64,000 nucleotides of DNA from positions 275,404,001 through 275,468,000 of the forward strand of contig OZ024743.1 of NCBI GenBank assembly GCA_964016885.1. The letters are read 5' to 3'. The notes under the pieces are model-generated. The model was given only the letters and a program-made list of their open reading frames with translations, made no database searches and was not told the origin of the DNA. Origin of the DNA: Eledone cirrhosa (taxonomy: Eukaryota). How positions within the stretch are numbered: the stretch's first letter is position 1; each line of letters opens with the position of its first letter. A program made the translations under genes and the position numbers. Below, in pieces: positions 38,690 to 51,887 of this stretch.

Positions 38690-40575
38690 TATCATCATCA
38701 TCATTTTACGTCCGCTTTTCCCTGCTTGCAAGGGTGGGGCGGGTCTTATTCAGCACAGCATCTCTCCACTTGTCACGGTCCTTCGTCATCTCCACCGTGA
38801 GCTTCAGCGATCTGAGGTCTGTTCTCACCACCTCCGCCCATGTTTTTCGTGGTCTACCTCTACCACGTCTTCCTTCAACTGGTATTTCCTGGCACTTCTT
38901 CACCCATCAGTCATCCTCCATGCGCATCACATGTCCATACCACCGCAGTCTACTCTCTCGCACACTACATTCTATCCCTCTCAGACACAGTTTCTCTCTC
39001 AACACATCCATGTTGGTCGTTCACACACATTGACATTGCACATCCAACGGAGCATGCTTCATTTCTCTCCAGCCCGTCCTTATTCTAGATACTATGACCT
39101 CGGAATACCCCCTCCCATGATAATCTGATCTCCTAGGTACTGGAAGCTATCCACCACTTCTATAGCACCCGCCTGCATTTGAAAAATGTGTCTATCAATG
39201 CGACTTCTACTGTCTAATTTGCCTGGACATCTACTGCATACGTATTTCTCCCTACCTGTTAGTTTGCCTGCTATCCCACTACATCTCTTGTGTTCCCAGG
39301 ATCTGCATTGTGTGCATTTTATAGAATTTATGCCAGTTCTTTTTCTGCATATCTAACATGGCCATTTCCCTGACGGAATCAGAGTTTTGTCCTCTTTTCT
39401 ACTCATCAACACTTTTGTCTTAGTTAGGTTCACTCTCAATCCTCTTGCTTCCAGCTGCTGTTTCCATAGCCAGAATTTATTCTCTAGCTCCTCTACTGAT
39501 TCTGCTATAAGAACCAGATCGTCAGCATAGAGAAGTTCCCATAGACAGCCAGTCTTAAACTCCTCTGTTATGGCTTGGAGGACTATAATGAACAAGAGCG
39601 GGCTGAGGACTAAACCTTGATGTACTCCTACTTGTATCTGGAATTCCTCACTAAACTCCATTCCTACCCTGACTTTACCTACAGCACCTCTGTACAAAGT
39701 TTGCAATGTCCTCACAAGCCATTCCTCAACACCTTTTTTCCTTAGGAACCACCAGTTGACAGATCGGGGTACCCTATCAAAGGCCTTCTCTAGGTCAACA
39801 AAGGCTAAGTATAGTGGCTTATTCTTCTCTAAGAACCTCTCTTGGAATTGTCTCACCAAGAAGAGGGCATCTGTTGTACTTTTCCCAGACACAAAACCAA
39901 ACTGCATCTCCTCTAGTTTGACCCTTTCTCTAATTAGTTGTGTTAATATCCTTTCTGCCACTTTCATAACCTGATCCGTCAGTTTTATACCCCTATAATT
40001 GCTCCTCTCCAGAGCATCCCCTTTACCTTTGTAGCAATTTATGAGAATACTGCTGCACCAGTCTTTGGGTATGACACCACCATATATAGCCTGATTGATG
40101 ATGCGTGCAACCAGTTTAGTGCAACCAGTTCCCTGATGCCTTCAGCATCTCAGCAACTATCCCCGACGGTCCAGCAGCCTTACCATTTTTCATTTCCTTC
40201 ATCGCCTCTTGGACCCTATATTCATCAATCTCAATAGCTGGTCCCTCTGTCGGATCTACTGAGGATAATTTCTCCACATTCATCAGTCTCTCATAATGAC
40301 ATTTCCAGGCCTCCTTTTTCTGATCATTCGTGACACTAAGTACACTGGCATCATTCCGGACACATTTATCTCCAACAACATCCTGATTTGCATTGACACA
40401 CTGCCTTGCAATGTGGAACCCCGCACACCTCTGATCTTCCCGTCGCAGAACATTGGTAAACCTCCTACTCTCAGCCTCCCTGCGTGCTAAGTACACCTGA
40501 CGTCTAGCTTCTCTCTTAGCGGCTGTATATCCTTCTCTACTCCAACCCTTTTTCCAAGCCTTCCATGCTAGTCGT
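38690..40575 (-). mobile_element. 5'-truncated RTE-clade LINE of the short-tail subfamily
   Basis: ORFs 40116-40496, 39353-39967 and 38706-38903; ORF ends TRPTLASREKRT* immediately before (GAT)n. Confidence 0.93.
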
Positions 40576-41162
40576 TAGTCTCTAATGGCCCTATTTACTC
40601 ATCAATCATAATATGCTGCATGTCGTCTAACTCTTGAAAATGTAAACAAACACACAATACATTTCCTATTTTAGTTATGCTTCCACAATAAGTAGTTTGC
40701 TTTCTGATCACAAGATCCTGAGTTCTAACCTTACATTTGTCGCTGTAAATAGTTATTTCTTCAACTGACACATGTATACTCATACATAATACATTTCTTA
40801 TTTCAGTCATGTTACTATAAGAAATTTGCTTCCCAATCACAAGGTTCTGGGTTCTAATTGTCTCTGAAAATAATTAAATCTCCAAAGTTACTCCTAATTC
40901 TGTATGTCATTTCTACATATATGTTGAACAATTATGTAATTATATTCGAGAAATACATTTTAAAAGATATTATTATTTATCTTTAATCACTTTCATGTGT
41001 AAATAATTAACATAAACTATAGGGTTTCTCTGATGCAAAACGTTAATTTATCACCACACAAAATCTAGTAATTCTGGTATGTATGGCATAGCAATACTGT
41101 ACTTCAAAAATTAAATATGTTCAATAATGTTGCTATCATTATTGACAGCACTGATGCATTAG

Positions 41163-44100
41163 TCATCATCATCATCACCGTTTTACGTCCGTTCTGCCAC
41201 GTTAGCATGGGTTAGACGGGTTGTCCTGTTGTGGGCAGTGTCTAGTCGGCTGATTCTGGCTTGATTTCTACAGCTGGATGCCCTTCCTAACACCAACCTC
41301 ATTTACAGTGAGTGCTGGCTGCTTTTTCCCCGTGGCACCTACACAACCACTTTAAAGTGGGCTGGGTGCTTTTTTTGCAGTGGGAGGGGGTGGGGGCATA
41401 TTGTCTATATGCTTCAGCTTCGGCTTGTTCCTGTGGGAAGTCGGGTCTTCTGTATTACTGCGTGATGCCAGAGGTCATAGTCGTGTGTCATCGCCCTTGA
41501 GAGGTGCAATTGGGTGCGGTCGGCTTTTATCACCTCATCCCAGGTCTTCTTGGGTCTCCCCACTCTGCGGCTTCCATCGACTTCTAGTGCTTTGCACCTT
41601 TTTATAAAGCTGTCATCCTTCATACGCATCACATGTCCATACCAACGTAACCTCCTCTCCTGCGCGCAGCATTTGATTCCTCTTATGCTCAGTCTCTCTC
41701 TCAGTTCGTTTAGGCTTTGCTGTTCGCGTATATTACTATTACACATCCATCGTAGCATGCAAGCTTCGTTTCTTTCTAATCTGCGCAAGTCTTCTACAGA
41801 CAGTACCCAGGTCTCACTACCATGTAACATTGCTGTTCGTATACACGCATCATACAGTCTGCTTTTCGTTTTGAGGGAAAAGCCTTTTGCAGCTAGCAGT
41901 GGCAGTAGCTCCCTGAACTTCTTCCATCCCATTCTTACTCTAGTTATTGTACTTTCCGAACACCCACCTCCGCTGCTAATTCAGTCACCTAGGTAGCAGA
42001 AGCTGTCTACTGTTTCTATAGAGCCCTTCCAGAGTTTGGTGGTGCTTGTTTGCTGCTTGCTGTCCCAGCACAACTGCTACATATGAAGCCTACATTCTTA
42101 GTTAAGCTTCCTGAGATCCCACTACATCTCTTGTGTACCCATTGTTTGCATTTGGGGCAGAGATTGGAGTTCTTACCTACACCTTTCCTACATACTGAGC
42201 AAGGCCATTTCCCTGAGGGGATCTGGGTTCTGTTTTCTTCTCTACTTACAAGAACCTTAGTCTTTGTCAGGTTGACTTTGAGACCCTTTCTTTCTAGTCC
42301 CTGCTTCCATGTTTGGAATTTCTTCTCTAGTTCCATCATAGATTCAGCTATAAGTGCGAGATCATCTGCATATAGGAGTTCCCATGGGCATCCGGTCTTA
42401 AACTCTAAAATTATTGCCTGCAAAACTATAATGAACAGGAGAGGGCTAAGAACAGAGCCCTGGTGGATACCGACCTGTATGCTAAATTCCTTGTTATAGT
42501 CATTGCTAACCCTAATTTTACTGATTGCTCTTCTATATATGGCTTGTACAGCTTTCACAAGCCATTCATCTACTCCTCTTTTTCTAAGGGCCCACCAGAT
42601 TATAGCACGGGGTACTATGTCGAAGGCTTTTTCCAGATCGACAAATGCCAGGGAGAGCGGCTTACTTTTAGCTAGGTACTTTTCCTGTAACTGCCTCACA
42701 AGGAAGAGGGCACCAGTGGTGCTTTTTCCTGGTACAAACCCAAATTGCATCTCATCTAGTTTTACCCGGTCCCTAATCAACTGTGCTAAAACTCTTTCCG
42801 TTACTTTCATCACATGGTTCATCAGCTTTATACTTCTGTAGTTTCCTCTATCTAGTGCATCACCTTTACCGACCCAGATGACTTCAGCATTTTGGCAGCT
42901 ATACCCGATGGACCGGTTGCCTTCTCTGTCTTCATATCTTTGATTGCCTTACTTACTACACTGCTGCTGACTTGTACTGCTGGCCTCTCTATAGGGTCTG
43001 CTTGGGGTAGGGTCTTTTTTTCCCATGCATTCTCCTCATTTAGTAATCTTTCATAATGGCTCTTCCATGCAGCTTTCTTCTCGGCACTTGTGAGGGCAAG
43101 CTCACCTTTATCATTCCGGATACACTTCTCTCCAATGACATCACAATTCTCTCTGACACACTGCTTCGCAATCTTGAACACCTCCTGTTTCTGGTCCTCA
43201 CGTTGTAAAACTTGCTTGAATTTTCTATCCTCTGCTTCCCTTCTAGCTAAGTATACTTGTCGCCTAGCTTCCCTCCTAGTCTCTATGTAATGTACCCTGC
43301 TTCCTCCGTTCTTCCATGCCTGTCTCTTAGCCTTAACTGCCTCATCTACCTTATTGTTCCACCAATAAGTCACTCTCCTCCTCCCTGTGGACTTGCTCCA
43401 ACCACAGATCTCGTCCATCGCCTTTAGTAAGTTATTTTTAGGAGCTCCCAGTGCTCTTCTACATTGAATGTATCTATCTGTTCTTCTTAACTGTCATAGG
43501 CGTCGAGTAGAATATCTTTAAATGTTACTGGCTGAGGGGTCTTTCAGCTTCCAGATCTTTCTTCTCCAGGTTGCCTTCTCTTTCCAAGTTCGTCTAGTTT
43601 TGACTGTGAGGTCGCTGACAACTAAGTTATGTTGGGAGGTACATTCCTCACCAGGGAAGGCTTTTGTGTTTACAACCGTCCATCTATCATGCCCTCTGGT
43701 GAGGATAAAATCTATCTGACTAGAATGCTCCCCTGATCTATAGGTGATCAGATGGTTGTCGGGTTTTTTGAAGTTTGTGTTTCATATCGACATGTCATTG
43801 GCATCGCAGAATTCCAAAAGCCTGAAGCCTTCTTCATTTCTTGTGCCAAACCTGTGGCCTCCATGGACTCTATAGAAGCCGTCACAGTGTTTACCAATGA
43901 GTAAAATCTCCTGCAATGATTAGGAAGTCATTGTCATTTGTTTGGACAGTAGTGTGCATTAGGGACTCATAAAACCTAACCTTAAGTTCGTCTGGCAACC
44001 CCGATTGGGGTGCGTAAGCTGATACTATTGTGGCAATTATTTTATTCAGGACTAGTCTGAGTTTAATGATTCTTGCATTCACCCTGTTCACTGAGATTAC

Positions 44101-44165
44101 CTTATCAACCCATTTGTCAGCTAATAGTATACCTACACCTTCCATCCCATTGTCATTTCCCACCT
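41163..44165 (-). mobile_element. RTE-clade LINE of the same subfamily as 25058-28385, in inverted orientation
   Basis: APE, RT and finger ORF pieces nearly identical in peptide sequence to the 25-28 kb copy; same 3' tail cagaacggacgtaaaacggtgatgatg. Confidence 0.95.
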
Positions 44166-45476
44166 ACTTTCAATAATTAATACATGTTCACTATTTTCAG
44201 TCATTTGTCTACATTACTGGATCTACCTACAATTTTGGTAAATCAGAATAAAACTGAAAATAAAATTATTTTTAATTTGACTTGTTAGTTTCCCAGGTCA
44301 ATATAATAGAACATGGAATTTTTAGGTTTTTAAATGTTATTTCTTTTTGGAGGCTGGATTTCGTTTAACATGCTGTAATTCATATAAAATTATATTTGTA
44401 ACTAGCAGAAGTACCTTAAATAAATACAATCACAAGAATTCATTATATATTTGAATAATTGCTTTAAAAATATGCTAACACTCTTTAATTTGTCTGTAAA
44501 GGTTGATTCACTCAGAATTGTACATCCAAGCCACCCAGAATATAGTTCAAGTTAAGCTTAATAAAAATGCACAAAAAAAAACTCAAAGCCTGATATAAAA
44601 TTTTACTTTGACATTTATTATCTGGGATAACATACTTCCTTTCTAAATTCTTTACTAATTTATATAATTACTGTAAATGAATTATTTTTCTAATCTCTAA
44701 CTTTTTTTTCTGTTTCTCTTGTGCATTTAGGTATACATTTTATTTTTCAGGTATAGGAAGTCTCAGAAAAAGTAGCATAGACTATGACTAGCTTCGTGCA
44801 AAACGAAAATTGTGTAAAATTGTAGCCTTTAACTTAGAGCATACATTAACCTTTATCTATCATGATTTGCTCATTGTTGTTAGCAAAGTTACCTTTCCCT
44901 GAAGTAATATATTACTAAATGGCAGTACAAAATTGTCACAAAATTGCCACTTTGATTTTTCATGTCTACGTATTCTTCTTTGAATATAAATTTAAATTAT
45001 GCTCGTTTGTTCCAACCCTGGTTTAATTTTTCGCTTGTATTTATTTACTAGTGTACCCATGTCACAAAAATTGATGAGTTTTGATAATTGTAGAGAAATA
45101 CTTTTTTTTATTTGGAAAATCACTTAAAAATACTATTTTTATAACACTTCATATATTAGATATAATATATAAATTTTTTATTTAAATAGTAAATATTAAA
45201 TTTTCTTCGATAAAAATTTTGCAATTATTATTTTGTGACCATATTTCTAATGAAATACACACTATTTCAATTAATGAAAAATTTTAAGGGATTTACTAAA
45301 GTTATGTTGGAATATTTTAATTTAAATAAGAATTCTATGAGTGCTTTTTTCTTAATGTCACTCGCTCTGTTGTTTGTCAGTCTCCTACTTCCACAGTCTC
45401 TCTCTCTCTCTCTTTTTGACAGCAAATAACATATTGCATAATATGTGGATTTATTTATTTATTTATTTGTTTTCAG

Positions 45477-45661
45477 TTCTTGTTTGAGATCTTGGTTAGA
45501 ACAAGATACATCTTGTCCAACCTGTAGAACAATGTTAAATAATCGTTCCAACAATGAGACCAACAGCAACCGGCCTGAAACTGAAGAAACACCTGAAAAT
45601 AACACACCACAACCACCTGGAGCTAACCAACAGACAACCAACCATTTTTTCCACTTCGATG
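45477..45661 (+). CDS. AMFR: AMFR exon G, second half of the RING finger (SCLRSWLEQDTSCPTCR) through NHFFHFD
   Basis: tttcag acceptor and gtagta donor; 185 nt, phase 2/1. Confidence 0.95.
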
Positions 45662-45695
45662 GTAGTACACATTTCTTATTTAGTAGGTATTCATT

Positions 45696-46098
45696 GAGGG
45701 CGGTGGATTGGCAGTATCGAGAGAGTTTCAGACATGCTTTGTGGCATAGTTATGGCCCTTTACATTTTGAGTTCGAATCCCGAGGTTTAGTTTTGCCTTT
45801 CATCCTTCCAGACTCAATAAAATAAAGTGCCAGTAACACACTGAGGTCGATTTAATCGATATTTCCTTCTCTAAAAATTGTTGGCCTTGTACCTAAATCA
45901 GAAACCATTATTGTTCTGAAGGTATTCACTGAGGGTGATGGATTGGCAGTGTCGATAGAGCTTCGGGCAACAGGCTTTGTGGCATACAGTTATGCCCCTT
46001 TTCATTTTGAGTTCAAATAATACACGAGTCAATTTAATTGACTTTCCTCTTCACTTCAAATTGCTGGCCTTGTGCCAAAACTAGAAACAATTATTATT
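45696..46098 (+). mobile_element. Two tandem tRNA-derived SINE copies
   Basis: both begin aggtattca(t/c)tgaggg(c/t)g(g/a)tggattggcagt; the second copy has an internal deletion. Confidence 0.82.
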
Positions 46099-47492
46099 CG
46101 GAAAGTACTGAATTGGCAGAATCATTTGTTGCAGTTCCTATAAAAATCTGGATGTCTTGAGTAGTAGTATTTGGCCAAAATAGGATACTCACACAGATTT
46201 TTTTTTTTATTACCTCCTAGCAATTCTTAAAAAATATAATGCAGCTCTGGTTAAGTTTTCTGAACTGTCAACTCAAATTATTGCCAATTTCCCATAATTA
46301 AATTCTGCTGCTGTTAGAGAAATTGAATTAAAAAATTTAATAGTTCTGATTTATGTTATTTTTATGTATAACATTTGATATTTGATGCAGATAAAAAAAA
46401 AATGAATTGATTATTCTTTACCTGTGTACGTGGCTGGAAGTTTTTGCTATCCAAATATTTTGTTGATGGACATATTCTTGCTTAAATAGAGGCAACTCTT
46501 AAGCTCCGATTTAGGTGATAACAGTGTAGGTAGTTTAGTCTAATGGGTCGGAACTTAATGATGGATTTAAAAACTTATTAGGAGCCAGAGCTTATACATC
46601 ATGCAAGATAATATGGCAAAATGAAACGTATTAATTTTTACTGCAAATGTGTATTGAGTAAAAATGTGCAAGTTTTGGATTTATGCAGATGGTTTTGATA
46701 TAGAAATAAACAGCATGTGGGATATTCATGAAAATATAGCACCATTCAACCTCTGAAGGATGGACATTGTCTAAGATCTATAACTAATTTATGATTCAAA
46801 GCAACACACAATTCATTAAAAGAGATAAAAATATATGTAATAATGGAATATATTTTATTGAATTTTCTATTGATAAATAGTAGTTACATCATTTGTTAGT
46901 AGAGCAAGTTGTTATTCAATGAGAATTCTAAATCGAGATTGATTTTTGGATTAAGTAGACCAGCCATATATTAAAGGACTCAATACAAGGAAAGTAGAAT
47001 GGTTGACTGTATTTATTTTCTGGTGTTTTAGAAAGGTATTTTTGAATACTTCTGTAAAACACCAGAAAATATATAGTTATATATTAAGATTTTTTTGTGA
47101 TAACCTTGAACTTAAATGATGCATTTACACAAAAAATGTTACAGCACTATCTTTGGGAATCATACCACACATCTGTTATAGATTGAACAGGACAACTGCA
47201 CAAACCAATACACTAAGATGATCCGACAGATTTTTAATCTAAAATTTAGTGTGTGTAAATGCTTACTGGATAAACTGAAGTTGTTGTTCCTCCCTCCTAT
47301 CACATATCAGTAGAATACACATGTAAGGGAAAGGAGGTGAATATAGCATATTTGTTAGAATGAAGAATAATAGAAATCTAGAGAAATACAGAAAAAGGAG
47401 TGAAGAATAGCACTTTGGTTTCTACAGACTTATAGAATAGAAAAACTTTTTAGTGTTTACTGACTTAAAGTGTTTCTTGCTTCCTTGTTTAG

Positions 47493-47599
47493 GTTCTCGA
47501 TATGTCAGCTGGTTACCAAGTTTCTCCGTTGAAGTCACACATACCCAACTTTTACCTGGCAGGCAGCCAGCCGTTCAAACCTCTGTACTGGATAGCATG
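47493..47599 (+). CDS. AMFR: AMFR exon H, GSRYVSWLPSFSVEVTHT...LDSM
   Basis: gtttag acceptor and gtaaaa donor; 107 nt, phase 1/0; SWLPSFSVEV motif. Confidence 0.94.
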
Positions 47600-48712
47600 G
47601 TAAAATATTTCATTATTCATTGTAATAGTTTTAAATATTACAACCAGAAATAACTGCTTATAGTCAAAGCCAGTCTCTTATATTTTCTTAGTTCACAAAT
47701 TTGAATGTGTTGTCAGATTTGAAACAAGAAATATTTCTTTTAACTCTTTCTGTTCATACAGATCTGAAAAGAAATGTAGTGCTGTTGCTACAATAAAATG
47801 CACCTTGTACACTCTATAAAGTGGTAGTGCTGGTGCCACAATAAAATGTACCCAGTACACTCTGTAATGTGTTAATGGTGCCATGATAAAATGCACTCAG
47901 GGCATCCAAACTGTAGAAACTATGCTAAAAATGAGATGTTTGAACAAGACGTCTTTCTGACCTGTCTAGATTTAGACCAGTCCAACCTATGCAAGCATGG
48001 AAAGCAGAAGTAAAATGATGATGATTTATTTATATATTCTATTGATATATTTATGTCACTGTATTTTTTTTTTTATTGATATATATCTAGCTCATTGTTT
48101 ATTTATTTCTTTAAACTACAAGCAAGACAACATTACTTGTCCCACTCTGCTTAACTCAACATAGTTAGGTCAACATTCAGTTGATCTAACTATGACAAGT
48201 CATACAGATATCTAACTTTGTAAAATGCATTCCTACAAAGTAAGCATTTTGGCCTTTCTGCCTTGGTCTCAACAAGAAGTGTATGTATGAAGGCACATGG
48301 CTTAATGATCATAAAGTTGTGAGTTTGATTCTCACTGGTTTGTCGTTGAGCAAGTCTCTTTATTCCACATTGCCCCCGTTTACTCAGCTGGAAAAAAATG
48401 AATTGTACTTGTAATTCAAAGGTTCAATCTTGTCACTGACTGTTATGCTGAATCTCCATGAGAACTCAGGCTACACGTGTCTGAAATGTTCAACCACTTA
48501 CACATTAATTTCACAAGCAGATTCTGTTGAAAAATCAACTGAAATGCTCATCATTGTAACTAATGGTGGTCCAACATAGTATACATGTTTATCTGTAGTT
48601 GGTTCCCCCAACCCTAATTATTGACTTTTCGTTGTTTTATGACTAATAGACAATGTAATTAGAAACATTAATTTGTTAATTTATATTGAATTTTTTGTTT
48701 GTTTTTCTTAAG

Positions 48713-48838
48713 GCTCGTCAAGTTCACTTGGTGTTTCCTCATATCCCTTTGAATGTTATCAATGATGACTTGCGTATCACAAGATCTATTGACCACACTA
48801 TTGACAACATCCTGGAAGGACGTATAACCATACCAACA
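48713..48838 (+). CDS. AMFR: AMFR exon I, CUE ubiquitin-binding domain (VFPHIPLNVINDDLRITRSIDHTIDNILEG)
   Basis: cttaag acceptor and gtaagc donor; 126 nt, phase 0/0; FP and DNIL CUE motifs. Confidence 0.94.
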
Positions 48839-48904
48839 GTAAGCTATTCAAGTGTTTTATTGTTTACACCACAGATCCATTAAAAGCTGTCACATTGTTA
48901 CTTT

Positions 48905-49092
48905 ATAATATAATTGTTTCTACTTTTGGCACAAGGCCAGTAATTACCCAATGCATTACTGGTACTTTATTTCATCGACCCTGTGAGGATGAAAGGCAAA
49001 GTTAACCTCGGCGGGATTTGAACTCAGAATGGTAAGGACCGTAACTCTATGCGTCAAAGCATGGCGTCCGACCCTCTACCGATACTGCCAAT
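48905..49092 (-). mobile_element. tRNA-derived SINE of the same family
   Basis: reverse complement of the family consensus. Confidence 0.88.
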
Positions 49093-49681
49093 GTTAGAAG
49101 ATAGAAACAATGTTATTCAGGAAGCACTACATAAAATGGAGACAACTCTTCCCTATGATTTAGTTCTGCATATGATATAGTTGTCGTTTTACTATTTTTA
49201 TTAACATATTTTTAATGAAAAATAAACTGCCTAGATGTTTCAATAAACTTTTAGATTAATAAAAAAAACTTGAAGGAGCTTAGTAAAATATATAACTTTC
49301 TTTATTTATAAGCTGATGTTTGGAATGTTAACAATTTAAAAACATTACCATTTTACAAAGTAGACTAGGTGATTTTTGTTGTGACATCAGTACGACCACT
49401 GAATAGTGGACTGCTTTTTTCTGTAGCATCAGGATGGGCTGGGTGCTTTTTGTTGTGGGAAAGCAATGCATAGCTATGTGGTTGAAGAGTTTGCTTTGCA
49501 ACCACATAGTTGTGTATTGATGTCAGGATGAGTATCTGACCAAAGTATATTTCCCCCAAAAAGTCTCGTCCAACCCCTGCTAACACAGATAGGTTTACAT
49601 AAAAATGATGACACACAGTCTTTTTTTTCTTTGTATCATGCCTATTTTCATAATTGTTTTTGTTTGAATTTCTTTTCACAG

Positions 49682-50031
49682 CCATCTCTGTCGGCAAACT
49701 CTTCTAATACTACTCTCATCTCAACACCATCTGTACCATCTGCTGCACTCAATGACCAGCAAGATGACCAAACTGCTGCAGACGTCACTGATGACATAGA
49801 CCAGCCACCCAGTGAGGAAAATGTTAACCCTATACAAACAGAGGCTCTACCTAACGATAATGATAAGGATAATGACAATGACAGTGTCAGTGACTTAACA
49901 AATGTTCCTTCCATCTCTGCAGCAGTGGCTCCTCACAACACCCCTTTACTCAGCAGCAGCTTAGAGTCAGCTTCAGTTGAAAATTTGTATTCCTTTCGTC
50001 CTACTTCTGATTCACCTCCTTTATCTAGCAG
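49682..50031 (+). CDS. AMFR: AMFR exon J, low-complexity Ser/Thr/Asp/Pro linker
   Basis: ttttcacag acceptor and gtaatc donor; 350 nt open frame, phase 0/2; bridges exons I and K in frame; sequence itself not conserved. Confidence 0.82.
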
Positions 50032-51770
50032 GTAATCTAACACCATCAAGTTTATTCAGAAATTGACACTTTAAAATGCCTTTAATAAATAACATTTTTT
50101 CTTTTTTTATAATCATATCATATGCTTGTATGATCATGTGTTAAGTTCACTTTGCAATCATGTTATTCCAGCTTTGATCTTAAAGCACAGCATCTTTGAT
50201 TAGTGTTTTCAACCATAGTCTGTGGTTGACCTAAGCCCTATACTGTAATTGGGTAGGCAGAAACTGTATTGAAGCCTGTTGAATTTACTTCACCTGTTGG
50301 TAGACAGAATCTGTTGTCTGGTTTAACACTACCACCACCTGAGTCTTTGTTGTCTTTAATGAATACCTACTCTATTGCAAGCACTGAGACTAACGTTTCT
50401 TGTCTGAGAATAACCCATAAGCCCTGGTGTTCCCTCTTTCTTTTAGCAGGTCATAGTAATGGCTTAAACCATTCATTACTAATTTTCTAATGCAAGACTA
50501 TTATGATTGATAAATATTTTTTTTAATCTAGAATTTGAAGAGATTTAATAATATATAACAAACTTTTGCATTATTTTGCTGTGTTTTAGAACATAACTTA
50601 AAGTTTCTTACTTAAAATTATGATGAAAGGTTTTTAGATAAATATAAACACTTTAAAGTAAACAGCATAATAGCTCAATATCATAAACAAGGACAGTTTG
50701 GTATCAAATAAGTCAAACTAGGCAACCTCTGACCTAAGAGCCATGCTTAACCTGTGGAGGATAATTATGTCCACAATGGCCTTTCATGTGGTGTACAACT
50801 TCAATTCTAACCTAGGATGATAGTAGTGTTTATCCCCAGGTCTGTCTTGATTTACCATATTTATAATCAGAAACATCTCAACTGTGTCATGCCATATTTT
50901 CCTATGTACAAGGAATTTGGAATAACATTACCCATATCCTTTCTAAGATGGTAGAGGAAGATTTGGCTGCTGTTTCTAGTAGGCCAATCAACCATGTAGA
51001 AGCTTCCCTTATTAGCATATCTAGTGAAGGTGATTGATGACTGGTGTCATGTGATCTTTGGTTCTTAGCTCTACATAGAAGACTATTCTGTCTTCTAACA
51101 ATTGTAAAATGTAATAAAGTAACCATCATAGCCAGTAATATGAGGTATATTATGAAGCAGTGTATTATGTGTAATTTATCTAAGCTACAGTTTAAATAGA
51201 ACATTACCAGCACCAGTTTCATTGGTCTTGAGGAGCCTGCAAACTTCATGGATACCACCCCTTCCCCCACACCTAATAAGCAAACAAACAAAAAAAGAAA
51301 GTATTTGACATTGTCAACAAGTTAAATTGGTATGTAAAATTAAGTGGAAAAAGATTTTTTCATCGGTGTTTGGACTGCGTTAAGTGGATAGCACAATAGT
51401 ATAAGAATGAGTTTTATTCTAGTTTTTTTTTTGTTGGTTTAGTATGAGCTTTCTTTAATGGTTAATATGCTTTTCCTCTTCTAAACATTCTTGCAGCTTT
51501 TCAATTCATATTAACTCTTTTGTTGCTTTTTTTCTAATGATATACACTATTTTAATTAATTAATGAATAATTTGGAGCGATTTACTAAAATTATGAATCA
51601 TTTCATTATCAAGATTGAATTTATAACATAGTAAATTGTTCTAATGTAAAATTAAGTTAAATAGGAATAGCCAGGTTGTTATCCAAGGGGTTAAGATTGA
51701 GACATTGATAAACATTCTCTGTAGTCTTGAGCTTTCTTTCAGTTCATTATTTTTTATTCTCTTTTATTAG

Positions 51771-51887
51771 TTCCCATGATGACTTTCCTACATCTACGTG
51801 TACTGGAGGAAGATTCTCAAAGTCAGCAAGTGAAAGAGAAGGGATGTTACAACAGAGAAAAAATAGTATGCTGGAAAATGCCAGAAG
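51771..51887 (+). CDS. AMFR: AMFR exon K, G2BR (Ube2g2-binding region), RFSKSASEREGMLQQRKNSMLENARR
   Basis: ttttattag acceptor and gtgagt donor; 117 nt, phase 2/2; matches RFSKSADERQRMLVQRKDELLQQARKR. Confidence 0.94.

Noticed and set aside
46300-47300. Non-repetitive-looking intronic stretch that could be an old DNA transposon
   Set aside because: No recognisable motif or termini.
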